DNA of 64,000 nt. Source: Eledone cirrhosa (Eukaryota). Location of the stretch: the NCBI GenBank assembly GCA_964016885.1, contig OZ024747.1, forward strand, positions 62,868,001 to 62,932,000, read 5' to 3'. The translations under genes were made by a program, and so were the position numbers. Each line of letters starts with the position of its first letter. Position 1 is the first letter of the stretch. Below, one piece after another: positions 27,102 to 40,394 of the stretch. The notes under the pieces are model-generated. The model worked only from the letters and a program-made list of their open reading frames with translations. It made no database searches and was not told where the DNA came from.

Positions 27102-27510
27102 GGGAGAGATGACCCCTTAGCCTTTGTCAAGGCAGAATTCTAGGAGAGGGAAAACTCTGATATAACACCTGCAACCCTGATGGTATCCAATGATGTTGAC
27201 TTGTTCTTCTTTTTGGTAAATATCATCTTGGCTAAGAGAGTGGGACTGGCTTTGTGCAGTGCCTTTGCTCACTATAAAAGCTTCACGGCACAGGCATTGC
27301 TTTATATCTGGAGATCTCTCTGCACTTGTCGTCACATGGTACCATGGGCCCAGCACTATGTGTCAATAATTGTCACAGGTGTAGTGTTTGTACCAGAGTT
27401 TTCAAGTCGCTGGCTGGACTAAAAAGCCACACTCATTCAGCGCATCGGTAGGGATTCTCCTACATGGATATAAAGTAGTGGCCATACTCGAAAACGAGTT
27501 GGCAGCCACC
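27102..27510 (+). mobile_element. Possible 5' region of an RTE-type LINE inserted in (TA)n
   Basis: ctaggagagggaaaactctga resembles a motif I recall from RTE 5' UTRs; bounded by TA repeats; no ORF. Confidence 0.35.
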
Positions 27511-29004
27511 ATATATATATATATATATACAAGCAGGGAAAAGTGGATGTAAAATGATGATGATATATATACATATATATATATATATAAATTAGTATTA
27601 TATCTAATATATTGATCTGTCTCAGATGACATTGTCAATCTGTGTGTTGTTATCGTTGTTGTACTTCTTCTCCAGAACCTCTGGCTTATTAATCCCTTAC
27701 CTACCAATTACTTACATTCAGACATTATTGTATTATCAAGAGATATATAAATATTTCCAATATACTTGTGATCAGAATTCTAAGTGTAAATCTGCATGGT
27801 GTTAAGTGTATATCTAATGATGTATAGTTAATACTTTGCAAAGTTAGTTGTTATACTTAGAACTGGTAGAATAGTTGCAATAATCATTGTCATTTTTATC
27901 TCCACTTTTCTATACTTGGTAGGACAGGACCATTTCAGGTAATCTTTTACAGCCAGATGCCCTGCTTGACACTAACCCTTTTAGTTGCATCTTACAGCAT
28001 GCAAGGACATGGTGTCCTTATTCTAAAATCCTGGGTTAAGGTTAGGTGTCTCTATTCTAAATTCCTGGGTTATACACAGAATGTAGAATGAAATGTCTTG
28101 AAGTGTTTGATCTGGGTCTCTGTATTCTCAGTTCAAATCTGGCTGAGCTCAACTTTGCCCTTCATTTTATTGGGATTGATAAAATAGAATATTAATCCTG
28201 AGCATTGGATTAGTAGATTTGTTAGATTTTCTGGTGTGATGGCTTGCAATATGCTTTCTGGTTCATTGCATTCTGAGTTTAAATCCTGCTGTAGCTTACT
28301 TCAGTGTTTGACTTAATCTATCACTTGGTTTAACCCTTACTCTATATTTACTATCTTATATTCATGGTAAAGGCTTTATCTCACATTATATCAAATCTAC
28401 GAGATTTTGATGACATTATTGTTTATTTTAAGAATGATATCTTTATGTCAGTGTCAGCTGTTGGTTACTGCCAGTTTGAAAAGGGGGAGAGAATTCAGGC
28501 CCGATACAGCCAGTTTAGTGGAACCATACTGACAAGGTTACTAGTTTGGTGATATCTTCTTCTTTCACTCCCACCAATCAGGTAGGCTCTCTAAAAAGTC
28601 ATGGACACTGCTCTTTCTTCTGTGACTAAATAGTAAAGTTAAAACAAAAAGCACCCAGCCCACACTGTAAAGTGGGCATGTAGGAGTCACGACAAAAAGT
28701 ACCCCAGCGCACATTGTAAATGTGGTTGGCTTTAGGAAGGTCATCCAGCCATAGAAACCAAGCCAGAAACAGTTCTATATGAGTAAAACACTGTCACCTG
28801 ACCCAACTTGCTTCAAATGGGGCAACCCGTCTAACCCATGCTAGCGTTAAACGATAATGATGATGAATAACTGGTTATACCAGGTAGCAGCTTTGATTAT
28901 TGCTCTGAAATACTATGTTCAGTTTTGTCACTAGATATAATCCTGATTCTGATTATGAGCCATATAGGATCACAGATATGCAAGCCATCATTAATTTATG
29001 AAAT

Positions 29005-29375
29005 AGGCACATGGCTTAGTGGTTCTAACATTGCATTGGCTTAGTGGTTCTAACATTGCATTGGCCTTGCAATCGAAAGGTTGTGAGTTCAATTCTCAGA
29101 CCGGGTGATGTGTTGTTTCCTTGAGCAAGACACTTTATTTCACATTGCTCCAGTTTACTCAGCTGTAGAAATGAGATGATAGGGACTGCGGTCCATATCA
29201 TTCCACTGCAAAGTGGTCGTGGAGGTGCCACGGCAAAAATGCACCCAGCACTCACTGTAAATGAGGTTGGTGTTAGGAAGGGCATCCAGCTGTAGAAATC
29301 AAGCCAGAATCAGTTCCTGTCCCACCCTTGCAAGCAGGGAAAAAGCGGACGTAAAATGAAATGATGATGATGATG
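29005..29375 (+). mobile_element. Family A SINE with a 25-bp duplication in its head
   Basis: Near-identical to 246-587; ggcttagtggttctaacattgcatt occurs twice. Confidence 0.9.
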
Positions 29376-30320
29376 TGTTGGATTGGTAGAATTAGTAGTG
29401 TTGGTCGAAAGCTTTGGCAATATTTGGTTTTAACTCTTTACCTTCTGAGTTCATTTCATATTAAGGTTTGCTTTACGTTTCATTCTTCCAAGGTAGATAA
29501 AGTAGAATATCTGTCAAGCACTGCGGTTGATGTACTTAACTTATATCACCCACCACCCCTCATTCCAAGCCTTGTGTTTAAATTAGAAATCATTGAATAA
29601 TGAACTAAAACAGGTGTTAACTATGCATGGACCATGAGAGGCTTTATGCCAATCATATGGTCCTTTTTGATGCAACGTTTTATAACAGATAACTTTCAGG
29701 GTACCAACCCTTTTAGTCACCTCTTACAACATGCAGGGATAAGGTGTACCTATTCTAAATGGGATACACACATGGTAATGACCTGATTAACTATGCTGAA
29801 GTGAAAGACAACTAGTGTGGGTGTTTTTATTGGTAGTATAACCCTACAAAAATACTAAAGCTATAAATTTCACATATAAAATGTGACAATAAGAAAAATT
29901 TAAGTGAGAGTGGAAACATAAATGGTATTTATTCTCTCTGCTCTGGTTGATTTGAACTCAGTATATGGAAACAGAACTAAATTATAAAAATCATTTCCCC
30001 TAGCTTCCAACCACTTTTACAAACTTTCTAATTGAGTAATTGACCAAAGCAGCACCAGTAACAATCTCTATTGCATATATGGTGGAGCAACAATTTATTT
30101 TATTCCCAAAGAGTTCAGCAATAATGAATGGCTTAAACCCTACAGTCATACATTATTCAAGAAATAGCATTTTATCAGACGTGAGTGATTTTGTAGTTCT
30201 CCAGGTATTGATTCAACAAACTTGATTTACTGTCAGTTAATTATAACAGAATATTACAGTCTTCTGTTTTTGTCTTGGATAAATGTTGTATAACATAGCA
30301 TAAAGGTATGTGTATAAGTG

Positions 30321-30379
<59 letters not shown>

Positions 30380-30879
30380 ATATCTATCTCTCTATGTGCG
30401 TGCGTGTATATATATGTATATATATATAAACATACACACACACATATATATCATGTATGCACACACATAAGTATGTGTATATATGTATATATATATATAT
30501 AAATATATGCACACACACACACACACACATATAAATTTAAATATATGATGATTGCTGATTCTTTTCAGAATATTTCCACCTCATTGATAAATACCTGTGT
30601 CTCCCCAACTACATGAAATTCTTGGTGATTAACGAGACCAGCTCTAGAAAGCAGTACTCTTTTGCACATATTGCATCTAAATTTTGGATTGAAATCTTCT
30701 GGAATCTCTCTGTTTACTTTCATTTGTAAGGATCTTTTGATCTCTGTACATTTGATGTGTTTTGCCTCAAACCTCTCATAACTCTCTCTAATTATGCCAA
30801 CCTATTCTGTTATTTTCTAAGGATTCCCAATTTCTAATATCCATATCGAGAATCTTCAAATTATTCTTAACCACATCTT

Positions 30880-32400
30880 TGCATCATATCTTAAGTTTAT
30901 GATTTGACCTCTTACTATTTAAAAGCTCTCCGTATACCAATCTCTTGGGCAACCTGGCATTGTCCATCCTGATAACACGACAGTCCAATACATCTGGCTG
31001 TAAACAATCAACTTTTCAATAATTTCACAACCAGCTCTCCTCATTACTTCTATATCTGGTGTCAAAGATATTCACATAATTCCTAAAACATATATAAGAC
31101 AGTTTTGATGAAACCTTTCTAACCATTTTACATGTCACCTATAGGTTATCCATACCTCAGATCAATACAGCAATACAGTTAAAAAGCATGATCTGTACAC
31201 ACTTATTTCAGTTACTAGATGAAGGTTCTGATCTTCCCATACCCTTTTCTTGAGTTTTTCAAATGCTGAAATAGCATTTTGTATTCTCTGATTGATTTCC
31301 ACATCAAGTGGTCCATCTTTACTGATAATGCTTCAAAAATATGTGAAACTATCTACTACACTCAGTCGAGTGCCATTAACTCTTAAATTTAGCTCAACAT
31401 GAGCCTCGTCTGGAGAAAGAGTGAACGTTACTTTAGTTTTAGCAAGGCTGATGGTCAGTCCAGAAACATAAGCTATAGAAATGATCCATTATGACCTGCA
31501 ACTCTTCTTCATTGTGTGCAACAAGATCAGCATCATCTGTGTACAACAGCTCCAGGATAATGTCTTGAAAAGGTTTTGAGTTAAAAAGTTTGTCAGATGT
31601 CTGAAATCAGAAGGAAACTCCCACATTGCAGTCCTTAAATGCATAGCTTAGACAGGCTGCAAAATAGATGGAGAATAGTGTTGGTGCTATGTCCTCCTGT
31701 TTCGCTCCATTTTCAATTTTGATTGACTCAAGGAGTTTACCATTAAGGTTAACTCTTCTTTTTCTGTAGTGTGAAACCTTTTAAACAAATCTACAAACTT
31801 TGAGGGACAGCCAAGTTTCCCGTGCTTCCACAAAGCATCTCGATTTACAGTATCAAAAGCCTTGGTAAGAACTTCAAAGACCTGACAGTGGAAGTCTAAG
31901 TTTAAAGCACTTCTCCTGCAATTTGCATGCTATGAATATCATGTCCATGGGGCCACGACCTGATGTGAACCCACACTGACTCTCTGGTAGAACTGAGAGA
32001 CAGATCAAGGTTGACAATCTGTTAAGCAATAAATTGACAAGAACCTCACCAGTGGTTTCAAGCACACTCAAACCATGATAGTTGTTGCATAATTCTTTAG
32101 ATCCTTTGACTGTGTACAAGGATATTGTGATTACATTTATCCAAACCTGGGGTATGTAGCCACCTTCCCAAATTCATAATATCAAAGAGTAAACCCAAGA
32201 AGTAATAATATCGTCTTTATATCTCAAAAGCTCAATTGGAATCCTATCCAGATCAGGAGCCTTCTTGGTATTTATTACCAGTATTGTAATATACTTAGTC
32301 AGGGCTAATATGTTAGGATTCGAGAAAAGGCAACACAGGAATTGGTCTGATGAAAAAACAACCAAGAAATTGGCATCCTTCTGCAACAAAAGCAAGAACA
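30880..32400 (-). pseudogene. Decayed RTE (BovB-like) LINE, RT region
   Basis: Minus strand KKAPDLDRIPIELL, KGSKELCNNYHGLSVL, LPESQCGFTSGRGPMDMIF..LQEKC, LTKAFDTVNRDALW, LLYTDDA. Confidence 0.85.
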
Positions 32401-32750
32401 GTACCTTAAAATGTTTAAAGTGAACCTGGCAGAGTTACCAGCAGCTGAAGCCTGTTTCTAGCAATTGAAAGTAACATTACATCAAGAAATGAGAAGAATA
32501 AAACATAAGTGCTGCAAAAACCAAAAGTATATATGATAGGAAAAACCCAAGAGCACACTACAACCTCATTAATCAAGATTTGGGGCCTAATTCATCAAGT
32601 GTGGTGCCTTTATTCTCCAGGGATGCTGATGCTATTATGAAGTGATGGCAGGAACATTTCACTGATTTGTTTCATAACCCATTAGAAATTGATTCGAAGG
32701 TAATCAACAGTCTTGACTACACAGAAATAATTGCAGAGATGATGGATTTG
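32400..32750 (+). pseudogene. Inverted upstream segment of the same RTE
   Basis: Plus strand ..AIMK*WQEHFTDLFHNPLEIDSKVINSL.., the linker that precedes the KAPGxD motif in RTE ORFs. Confidence 0.7.
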
Positions 32751-32823
32751 CTGATGCTGGCGTGGAAGAACGGACGTAAAACGGTGATGATGATGAGAAT
32801 ATATATATATATTCCACATGTAC

Positions 32824-32854
<31 letters not shown>

Positions 32855-33250
32855 TGTATGTATGTATGTATGTATGTATGTATGTATGTATGTATGTATA
32901 CACACACATATATGTATATATATATATATATATAGACACATATACGCACATATTTATATATATATATAGACACATATACACATATATATATACACACACA
33001 TATATATACTCATATATACATATACACACATGTATATGTGTGCATGTGTATCATCTTCATTTAATGGCCATTCTCCCTGCTAGTAAGGGTACACACACAT
33101 ACACACACACAACATATTTAGTTTGTGCTTTCTCAGTATTTTCCTCATCAATGTGTATATATTTCTTACAAATGACTGACACCATCATGGTTTTTAGAAT
33201 AAATACACCATGAAACTTCTCTCGTATGGGGTGTGAAATGGGTTGACATT

Positions 33251-33570
33251 AAGAAATGAATCCCACTATAAAACATTCTCAAAATATCCTGTTTAACCCA
33301 TGTCAACATAGAAACATTGACATAACCTATCCTGTCAAACCCATGTCAACATAGAGAAGTTGACATACAATATCCTGTCCAACCCATATCAATATAGAAA
33401 GCTAGACATAACATACCCTGTCAAACCCATGTCATCCTAGAATAGTTAACATTCAATATCCTGTCCAACCCATGTCAGCATGTCGGCATGAAGAAATATA
33501 TCCCACTATAAAACATTCTCAAAATATCCTACCCAACCTATGACAGCATAGGAAAGTAAACGTACAATCA
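33251..33570 (+). repeat. 43-bp minisatellite derived from an RTE/SINE 3' terminal stem-loop
   Basis: Unit tatcctgtccaacccatgtcaacatagagaagttgacata..; about six units. Confidence 0.75.
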
Positions 33571-33796
33571 AATTCCGATGATAATGATTATAACTTTATG
33601 CAATTGCCATTCAGTACCTTATAATCTATGGGAGATTTATATCATATCTGATTAATATTGCGGCACTGAAGTTCAGCACTGCTCTGCTGAATCTTGATGA
33701 TTTTAGATTGAATCAGCTTCCAATGTTATTTCAGATGCATGAGCAGGTATAAATAGTATCAATAAAGAAGGAAAAAAAATATCTAACTGTTTTATA

Positions 33797-34125
33797 GGGT
33801 CAAGACCCCCTTTGGTCACGAATGACCATGGGACTTACACCTAGAAAGTTCCCATCTGAGGCACAAGTCTGGGCAAGGTGTTTGTGGAAGACCAGCAGTC
33901 ACCCATGCATACCAGTCTCCCCTCTCCATGCCTCTGATGATGTCCAAGGGAAAGGCAATGGGCAATACGGCTTGGCACCAGTGACATCACAACCCATTTC
34001 TACAGATGAGTGAACTTGAGCAACGTGAAATAAAGTGTCTTACTCAAGAACACAGTGCAAGCCTGGTCCAAGAATTGAACTCACAACCTCACGATTGTAA
34101 GCCCGATGCTCTAACCACTAAGCCT
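33797..34125 (-). mobile_element. tRNA-derived SINE sharing the family A head but with a different 3' half
   Basis: Minus strand ggcttagtggttagagcatc..gagttcaattc..ttgagtaagacactttatttcacgttgctc, then an unrelated body. Confidence 0.8.
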
Positions 34126-34439
34126 ATAATTACCAAAGTTTTGGTACCCTTGAAATATATATAATAGAATAAATATGGTTTTATAAATATATTTTCTATG
34201 TATTAATATCACTGATATTATACTCCAGAAACTTGTCGAGTGCTTCGAATCTGTTATAAATATATTTGTTGAATTACTAGCAAATTAAATATCCCTTTGC
34301 TTATATACATATGTATATATGCTGGATGCGCTTCCTAAGGCCAACGACATTGACAGTGTGTGCTGGGTGCTTTTTGCTGTGTCTTTTACACATCCACTTT
34401 ACAGTGTGGGCTGGATGTTTTGTAGTATCAGCATAATAT

Positions 34440-34504
<65 letters not shown>

Positions 34505-35146
34505 AAAAATAATAGGGGGAGGTAAACAAGGGGTTGGGAGATCGGTAATTGTATAGTATATGCTCATAAATATGGGATTTCTTGTAATGCTCTTTTTATG
34601 TTGTATAAAATGTTTTTTAATATAAAATAAAATTTTCATTGGATTCTCCGGCTGTTGTATCAATATGAATCACTTACAATACAATTTCACTGGAGATAGA
34701 TTAGCAAAGTTTAATAAGCGGGGATGGGGTGGTGGAAAAAAATCTAAACAATTAATAAGGGAGGGGGTGGATTATTCATTCAACACTTGAGAGTATATAT
34801 ATATATATATATATATATATGGCTAAAACAGCACGACGTGCTGTGACCAGCGGCGCCGATTGGCGCCCGACAGACTGGTCAGTCAAGGTGATATATATAT
34901 ATATATATTGGGCCATACAATGATGAGGATGCTAGATTTCTATTCTGTGTGTGTATATGTGTGGTGTGAGTGTGTCTGACTGTAAGCATTAGGAAATCTC
35001 TGAAGCAAAGCAAATATCAAATAACATATTTCTTATTTTGACATGTGCAATGACTGTAGTGGCCCCCATCCTTGTGAACAATTCTGAACATGTCATATAT
35101 ATTTATTTGACCTTCACAGATAGCTAGGTTAAACCACTGAAATATT

Positions 35147-35362
35147 GGTTTCTGATTTAGGCACAAGGCCAACAATTTTGGGGAGAGAAAAGTCAATTAA
35201 ATCGACCCGAGTGTATTAATGGTACTTTATTTAATCAACCCTGTAAGGATGAAAGGCAAAGCTAACCTCGGCAGGATTTGAATTCAGAATGTTAACAGCC
35301 ATTACTATATGCCACAAAGCATATTGTCGAAGGCTCTATTGATACTGCCAATCCACCACCCT
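35147..35362 (-). mobile_element. Family B SINE with 16-bp TSD
   Basis: aaaccactgaaatatt / aaaccattgaaatatt flanks. Confidence 0.85.
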
Positions 35363-35673
35363 AAACCATTGAAATATTAAATGAAGATAACGGCAAGTAC
35401 GTTTTGTAAAATAGTTTATCCTATGAGCACTTTCTCAGGCATTCATTACCATTTGATATTTCCCATTCTTGCATGGGTTAGATAGATTGTCCTGTATTGA
35501 GGCTTGACTGATCAGGTGACTACTTCATGTTCAAATGTTTTGCTTTTGGCTTAGTTTCTATGGATGGATGCTATTTCAAATGCTAACAACTTTACCGCTT
35601 GTACTGGGAGCATTTAATCATATTTTCAACACTACTGCCTTATAGAGTGGACAGGGTGTTTCTTTTTTTTTAA

Positions 35674-36368
35674 TTGCGGCACCAAAACTACCATCCTACA
35701 GTGTGGGCTGGGTGTTTTTTTGTCATGGCCCCAACACTGTCACCTTACAGTGTGTTGGATGTGTTTTATTGTAGCCCCAACACTACCATATTACAGTGTG
35801 TGCTGGATGTGTTTTATTGTAGCCCCAACACTACAACATTACAATGTGTGTTGGATGTGTTTTATTGTAGCCCCAACACTACAACATTACAATGTGTGTT
35901 GGATGTGTTTTATTGTAGCCCCAACACTACCATATTACAGTTTGTGTTGGATGTGTTTTATTGTAGCCCCAACACTACCACCTTACAGTGTGTGTTGGAT
36001 GTGTTTTATTGTAGCCCCAACACTACCACATTACAGTGTGTGTTGGATGTGTTTTATTGTAGCCCCAACACTACCACCTTACAGTGTGTGTTGGATGTGT
36101 TTTATTGTAGCCCCAACACTACCACCTTACAGTGTGTGTTGGATGTGTTTTATTGTAGCCCCAACACTACCACATTACAGTGTGTGTTGGATGTGTTTTA
36201 TTGTAGCCCCAACACTACCATATTACAGTGTGGAGTGGGTGTTTTTTGTCATGGCACCAGCACTTCCACCTTACAGTGTGGGCTGCGTGCATTTTATTGT
36301 AGCCCCAACACTACCACCTTAAAGTGTGGGCTGAGTGTGTTTTATTGTGGCACCAATACTACCACCTT
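35674..36368. repeat. 48-bp minisatellite, ~14 units
   Basis: Unit ccaacactaccaccttacagtgtgtgttggatgtgttttattgtagcc; produces the periodic 232-aa and 200-aa ORFs. Confidence 0.95.
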
Positions 36369-36779
36369 TTGAATTCAATATATCAAACTTTTATCATAAA
36401 ATCTGGCCCCATTACTGAGATAAAAATTATCAATAATTTTTGATGATTGATTCTCAATAGAAGGTATTTTGTCCAATAACAATAAATTAAATAAATACAA
36501 TAAATAAATAAATACAATAAATAAATAAAATAGATGAACAAATAAATAAAAATGTAGTGGATAATTTTTATGTAAATTATAAGTAGCACTTATAAGTTTC
36601 ACACACACACACTCGCATACTCACATACATACACACACATACTCACATACACATACACACACCAATGAAAATAACAAAATTGATTTTCCCTTAAAATTCA
36701 CACTTAACTACGGTTGGTTGCCTCTTTGACTATTCACCTGTGTAACAGAAACTAATTTGGAAATCAACTAAAATGTTGC

Positions 36780-37272
36780 TGTCATCCTCATAACCAGCAT
36801 CAGCATCAACACAATCATTGTCATCATCCCCACCACTACCATCACCATCATTGTCATCATCACCATCACAACCATCACCATCATCATCATCACTCACCAC
36901 CATGATCACAACTACCACCACCATGACCCCCATCATCACTATCATCACCATGACCACCATCATCACCACTGCTGCCACCATCACCCCCCCCCATCACTAT
37001 GACCATCACTACCACCATCACCATGACTACTATCATCAACACTGCTGCCATCTTCACCACCACCACCATCATCACCACCATCACCACCATGACTACCATC
37101 ACCATCATGACTACTATCATCACCACTGCTACCATCCTTACTACCACTACCATCACCACCACCATCATCACCATCACAATGACCACCATCACTATGACCA
37201 CTATCATCACTACTGCTGTCATCACCACCACCATCATCACCATAACCATCACCATAACCACCACCTCCATCA
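36780..37272. repeat. Degenerate (CAT/CAC)n low-complexity tract
   Basis: Direct reading. Confidence 0.9.
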
Positions 37273-37760
37273 GTTCTAATGATAGTCCAGAAAATTATTA
37301 TTTTATTCGATACCACCATCTCAGACATTTACAAATTTCCTGTTAAAATTCTCTCCCGACATTCACCTTAAATATTATGAGTCCTTGTGTTATAGATGTA
37401 CTTATTTATAGATAGTATATGAAGATGTATTTCATTGATAGAGTTATTACACTGTGACTATAGTGTCACATGACCTGATAGTGTATACCATGCTTTTGTT
37501 CAGGGTTTTAGGTACCCATCTAGTTGCAGGCAGACACTCTCATCCCCTCCCTCGTTTGAGGCAGCTGGAAGAAAACAGGACTGCACCAGCTCTGGGCTAA
37601 TACTTTTAACAACCTTAAAAGGATGAAAGTCAAAGTGGATTTGAAGTGTAAACCCAGAACAAATATTCAATGCTCTAATGAGTGGTAAATTCACTGCCTT
37701 AATTATAGGCTACAAATTTTGACCAATCCCCTTGACAACTACAATCTTTCCATATAAGGA

Positions 37761-37952
37761 AGTACCCTTGAAAAGTTCGGCTATTTATTTACCAGACTAT
37801 AAAACTCTTACTTTAGTCCAGAAATAGCCGTCGAAACGGCTTGAGCTCTGCCGTCGGGGTCATACTTTATTTTATTACCCACTCTACTACCCTAAGTATT
37901 GAGTACTCTGGTGCATTATGGTCCATCTGGTTCCTTACCACACCTCCTTCGT

Positions 37953-37955
<3 letters not shown>
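37761..37955 (+). mobile_element. Family F element, single arm with variant hammerhead-like motif
   Basis: TTGAAAA (37768-37774) g..cggctattt ... aaatagccgtc GAAAC ggc tt; tail nearly identical to 57239-57355; ends in (TA)n. Confidence 0.65.
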
Positions 37956-37989
<34 letters not shown>

Positions 37990-38369
37990 TCATACTACCA
38001 TATATATGAACTTAAATAACAATTGACAAGTTAATAAAGATAAAGAAAGAGAAAGAGAGAGATTAAGAAATAAAAGAGAGATAGTGGAATAGATATTAGA
38101 AAGTTTAATAAAATGGTGTACCAAAAGAATATATTGTGTGTGTTGCAGTTTGGAATCAATTTACTGTTGAATCACCAATAGAGAATCAAAGGTGAAATAT
38201 ATCAACAATAAATTATTTGTAAACAACAGAAAACATTTCTATCATCGAGAAGATAGAATCTACTGTGATTGTAAACTGTAATTCTTTCTTTCTCACAACG
38301 CAGCAAATGACTGAAGTTTGTTGACTTCAATGCATAGAACAAATAACAATTATTTCATCATATCATGTA

Positions 38370-38926
38370 ACACACACAGACATGCAAACAAACACATACA
38401 CACATGGACACATACAAACACGGTCATTTACATAGACATGCAGACACGAGCACACACACACACACACGGACATTCACACACACACACACACACACATGGG
38501 CACTCATATACACACACAGACAGGGACACTCACATACACACACACACACGTGCACAAACACACACACACACACACACACACAGAGGCACAGACAGACACA
38601 CAGAAGCACAGACACACACACACACACACACACAGACACACGCACACAGAGGCACGGACACGGACACGGACAGACACACACACACACATAAACTCACACA
38701 CACAAACACAAACAGACATGGACACATGCAGACACAGTCACTCACATACGCACACTTACAAACATATATACACACACACAGACATGGACACAGAGACAAA
38801 CACATTAATTTCCTTGTTTCATGATTTGTGTGACACATGAATACCACTGGCAACTTATGAGGCTGGTGGTATTGTACATAGATTATAGTTATATTAAATT
38901 CTAAGAGAAATATATACAGCCATTAG

Positions 38927-39000
<74 letters not shown>

Positions 39001-39045
39001 ACACACAAACACACGCACACATATATACAAACACACACACACATG
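38370..39045. repeat. (CA)n-rich microsatellite field
   Basis: Direct reading. Confidence 0.9.
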
Positions 39046-39408
39046 TTGTTTTGTAAGGATTTCTGAAGACACAATTACAAATTGGAGGCTTATTGAATAT
39101 TAAATTAATGTATATGAGAGTGTTTTATTGTAATCGCATGGAAGAGATAAGTTAGTAACGTCTCTAGAAATTTTACTATTTCTCAAATGAAACGTATATC
39201 ATAAATAACAAAACTATCCAACTTTACTGATAAAACCAGTGTTGTTTTAGACGAATATTTCTAATTAGAATATCTGCCATGTTTATAGAATGCTTTGTGG
39301 AAGTTTATCAAAACTAATATATTTTGGTATTTAATACTTAGGAAAATATATTATAAAGGATAAATGAAAAATGTTGTCTCTGGTCGAGACTAAGTATGAA
39401 TGTATTTC

Positions 39409-39810
39409 ATAGATCTGGTGTCTAGAATTGAAGAAGCTATTGATGGCAAGGAACATATTGGTTTATCGAAAACTCATTTAAACTACAATATATATGACAA
39501 CCATTTGTTCAGATACAGCACCATTGTCAAAGTACATTTGCTATCTAAGGGAGAGAGCAATAGAGAATTCCACAATCAGGTAGTGCATAGTTATAATAGT
39601 TTGTCTTAACCCTTTAGCATTTACATTACTCACACTATCGTATTTTCACAGTAAAGGCTTTACCTCACATAATATCGAATCTTTGAGATTTTGAGATTAT
39701 TTAATTTGAGAACAATACCTTACATTAGTATGAGCAGCCAGTTATGGCTGGTTTGAACAGAAAGAAGTGATAGAATTCTGCTAGGATATGGCTGGTTTAA
39801 GTGCTGAAGC
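39409..39810 (+). repeat. Second copy of the GIY-YIG fragment plus piggyBac-type MITE composite seen at 4029-4474
   Basis: atagatctggtgtctagaattga..gtagtgcatagttataatagt.tgtcttaaccctttagcatttacattactc shared, same junction. Confidence 0.85.
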
Positions 39811-39813
39811 ATT

Positions 39814-40148
39814 AAATACATATAAAAATGAGAAAACTCAAATGCTGTGGAAGACAGCGATGGGAAAAAATGCCTGAGAGGACAGAGACCAGCATCCAGT
39901 AGTCGACATACATGTGTTGTACATGGCCTTTCTTTATTTCCTTCTGTTGCACTAACACACCTCTCCATGCCCTCCTCCTCTTGCAATCTTTTCTGTTTCA
40001 TCTGCCTGTCACCCATCTCATGGATTATCTCTTTGTCAACAACTGGTCTCTATCCTCTGTGGCACTTTTGCCCATCGCTGTCTTTGACAGCATTTGGCTG
40101 TTTTAACGGTTGTTCTAGCAATGAATTTTCTCCTTTTTATATGTATTA
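39814..40148. repeat. Inverted-repeat (fold-back) element
   Basis: 39814-39890 (aatacatataaaaa..aatgctgt..agacagcgatggg..agagaccag) is the reverse complement of 40043-40148 apart from an internal indel. Confidence 0.75.
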
Positions 40149-40210
40149 TAAAGGATATTCTTTTTTATATAACTTTACAGAATGAATCCAATATGTTCTG
40201 TGAAAATAAT

Positions 40211-40394
40211 TGTTTCTACCTTTGGCACAAGGCCAGCAATTACCCAGTGCATTACTGGTACTTTATTTTATCGACCCCGCAAGGATGAAAGGCAAAGTCA
40301 ACCTCGGCGGGATTTGAACTAAGATCGTAAAGGGACGTAACTATGCTGGAAAGCATGGCGTCCGACCCTCTACCGACACTGCCAATCCACCGCC
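40211..40394 (-). mobile_element. Family B SINE, young, with 19-bp TSD
   Basis: tatgttctgtgaaaataat at 40192-40210 and 40431-40449. Confidence 0.9.

Noticed and set aside
35674-36372. 232-aa and 200-aa Cys-rich periodic ORFs
   Set aside because: By-product of a 48-bp (multiple of three) minisatellite open in two frames. Also not a CRISPR array, because the units are contiguous with no unique spacers
36730-37346. His-rich, Thr-rich and Gly/Asp-rich ORFs
   Set aside because: CAT/CAC low-complexity tract open in most frames; no splice or codon evidence
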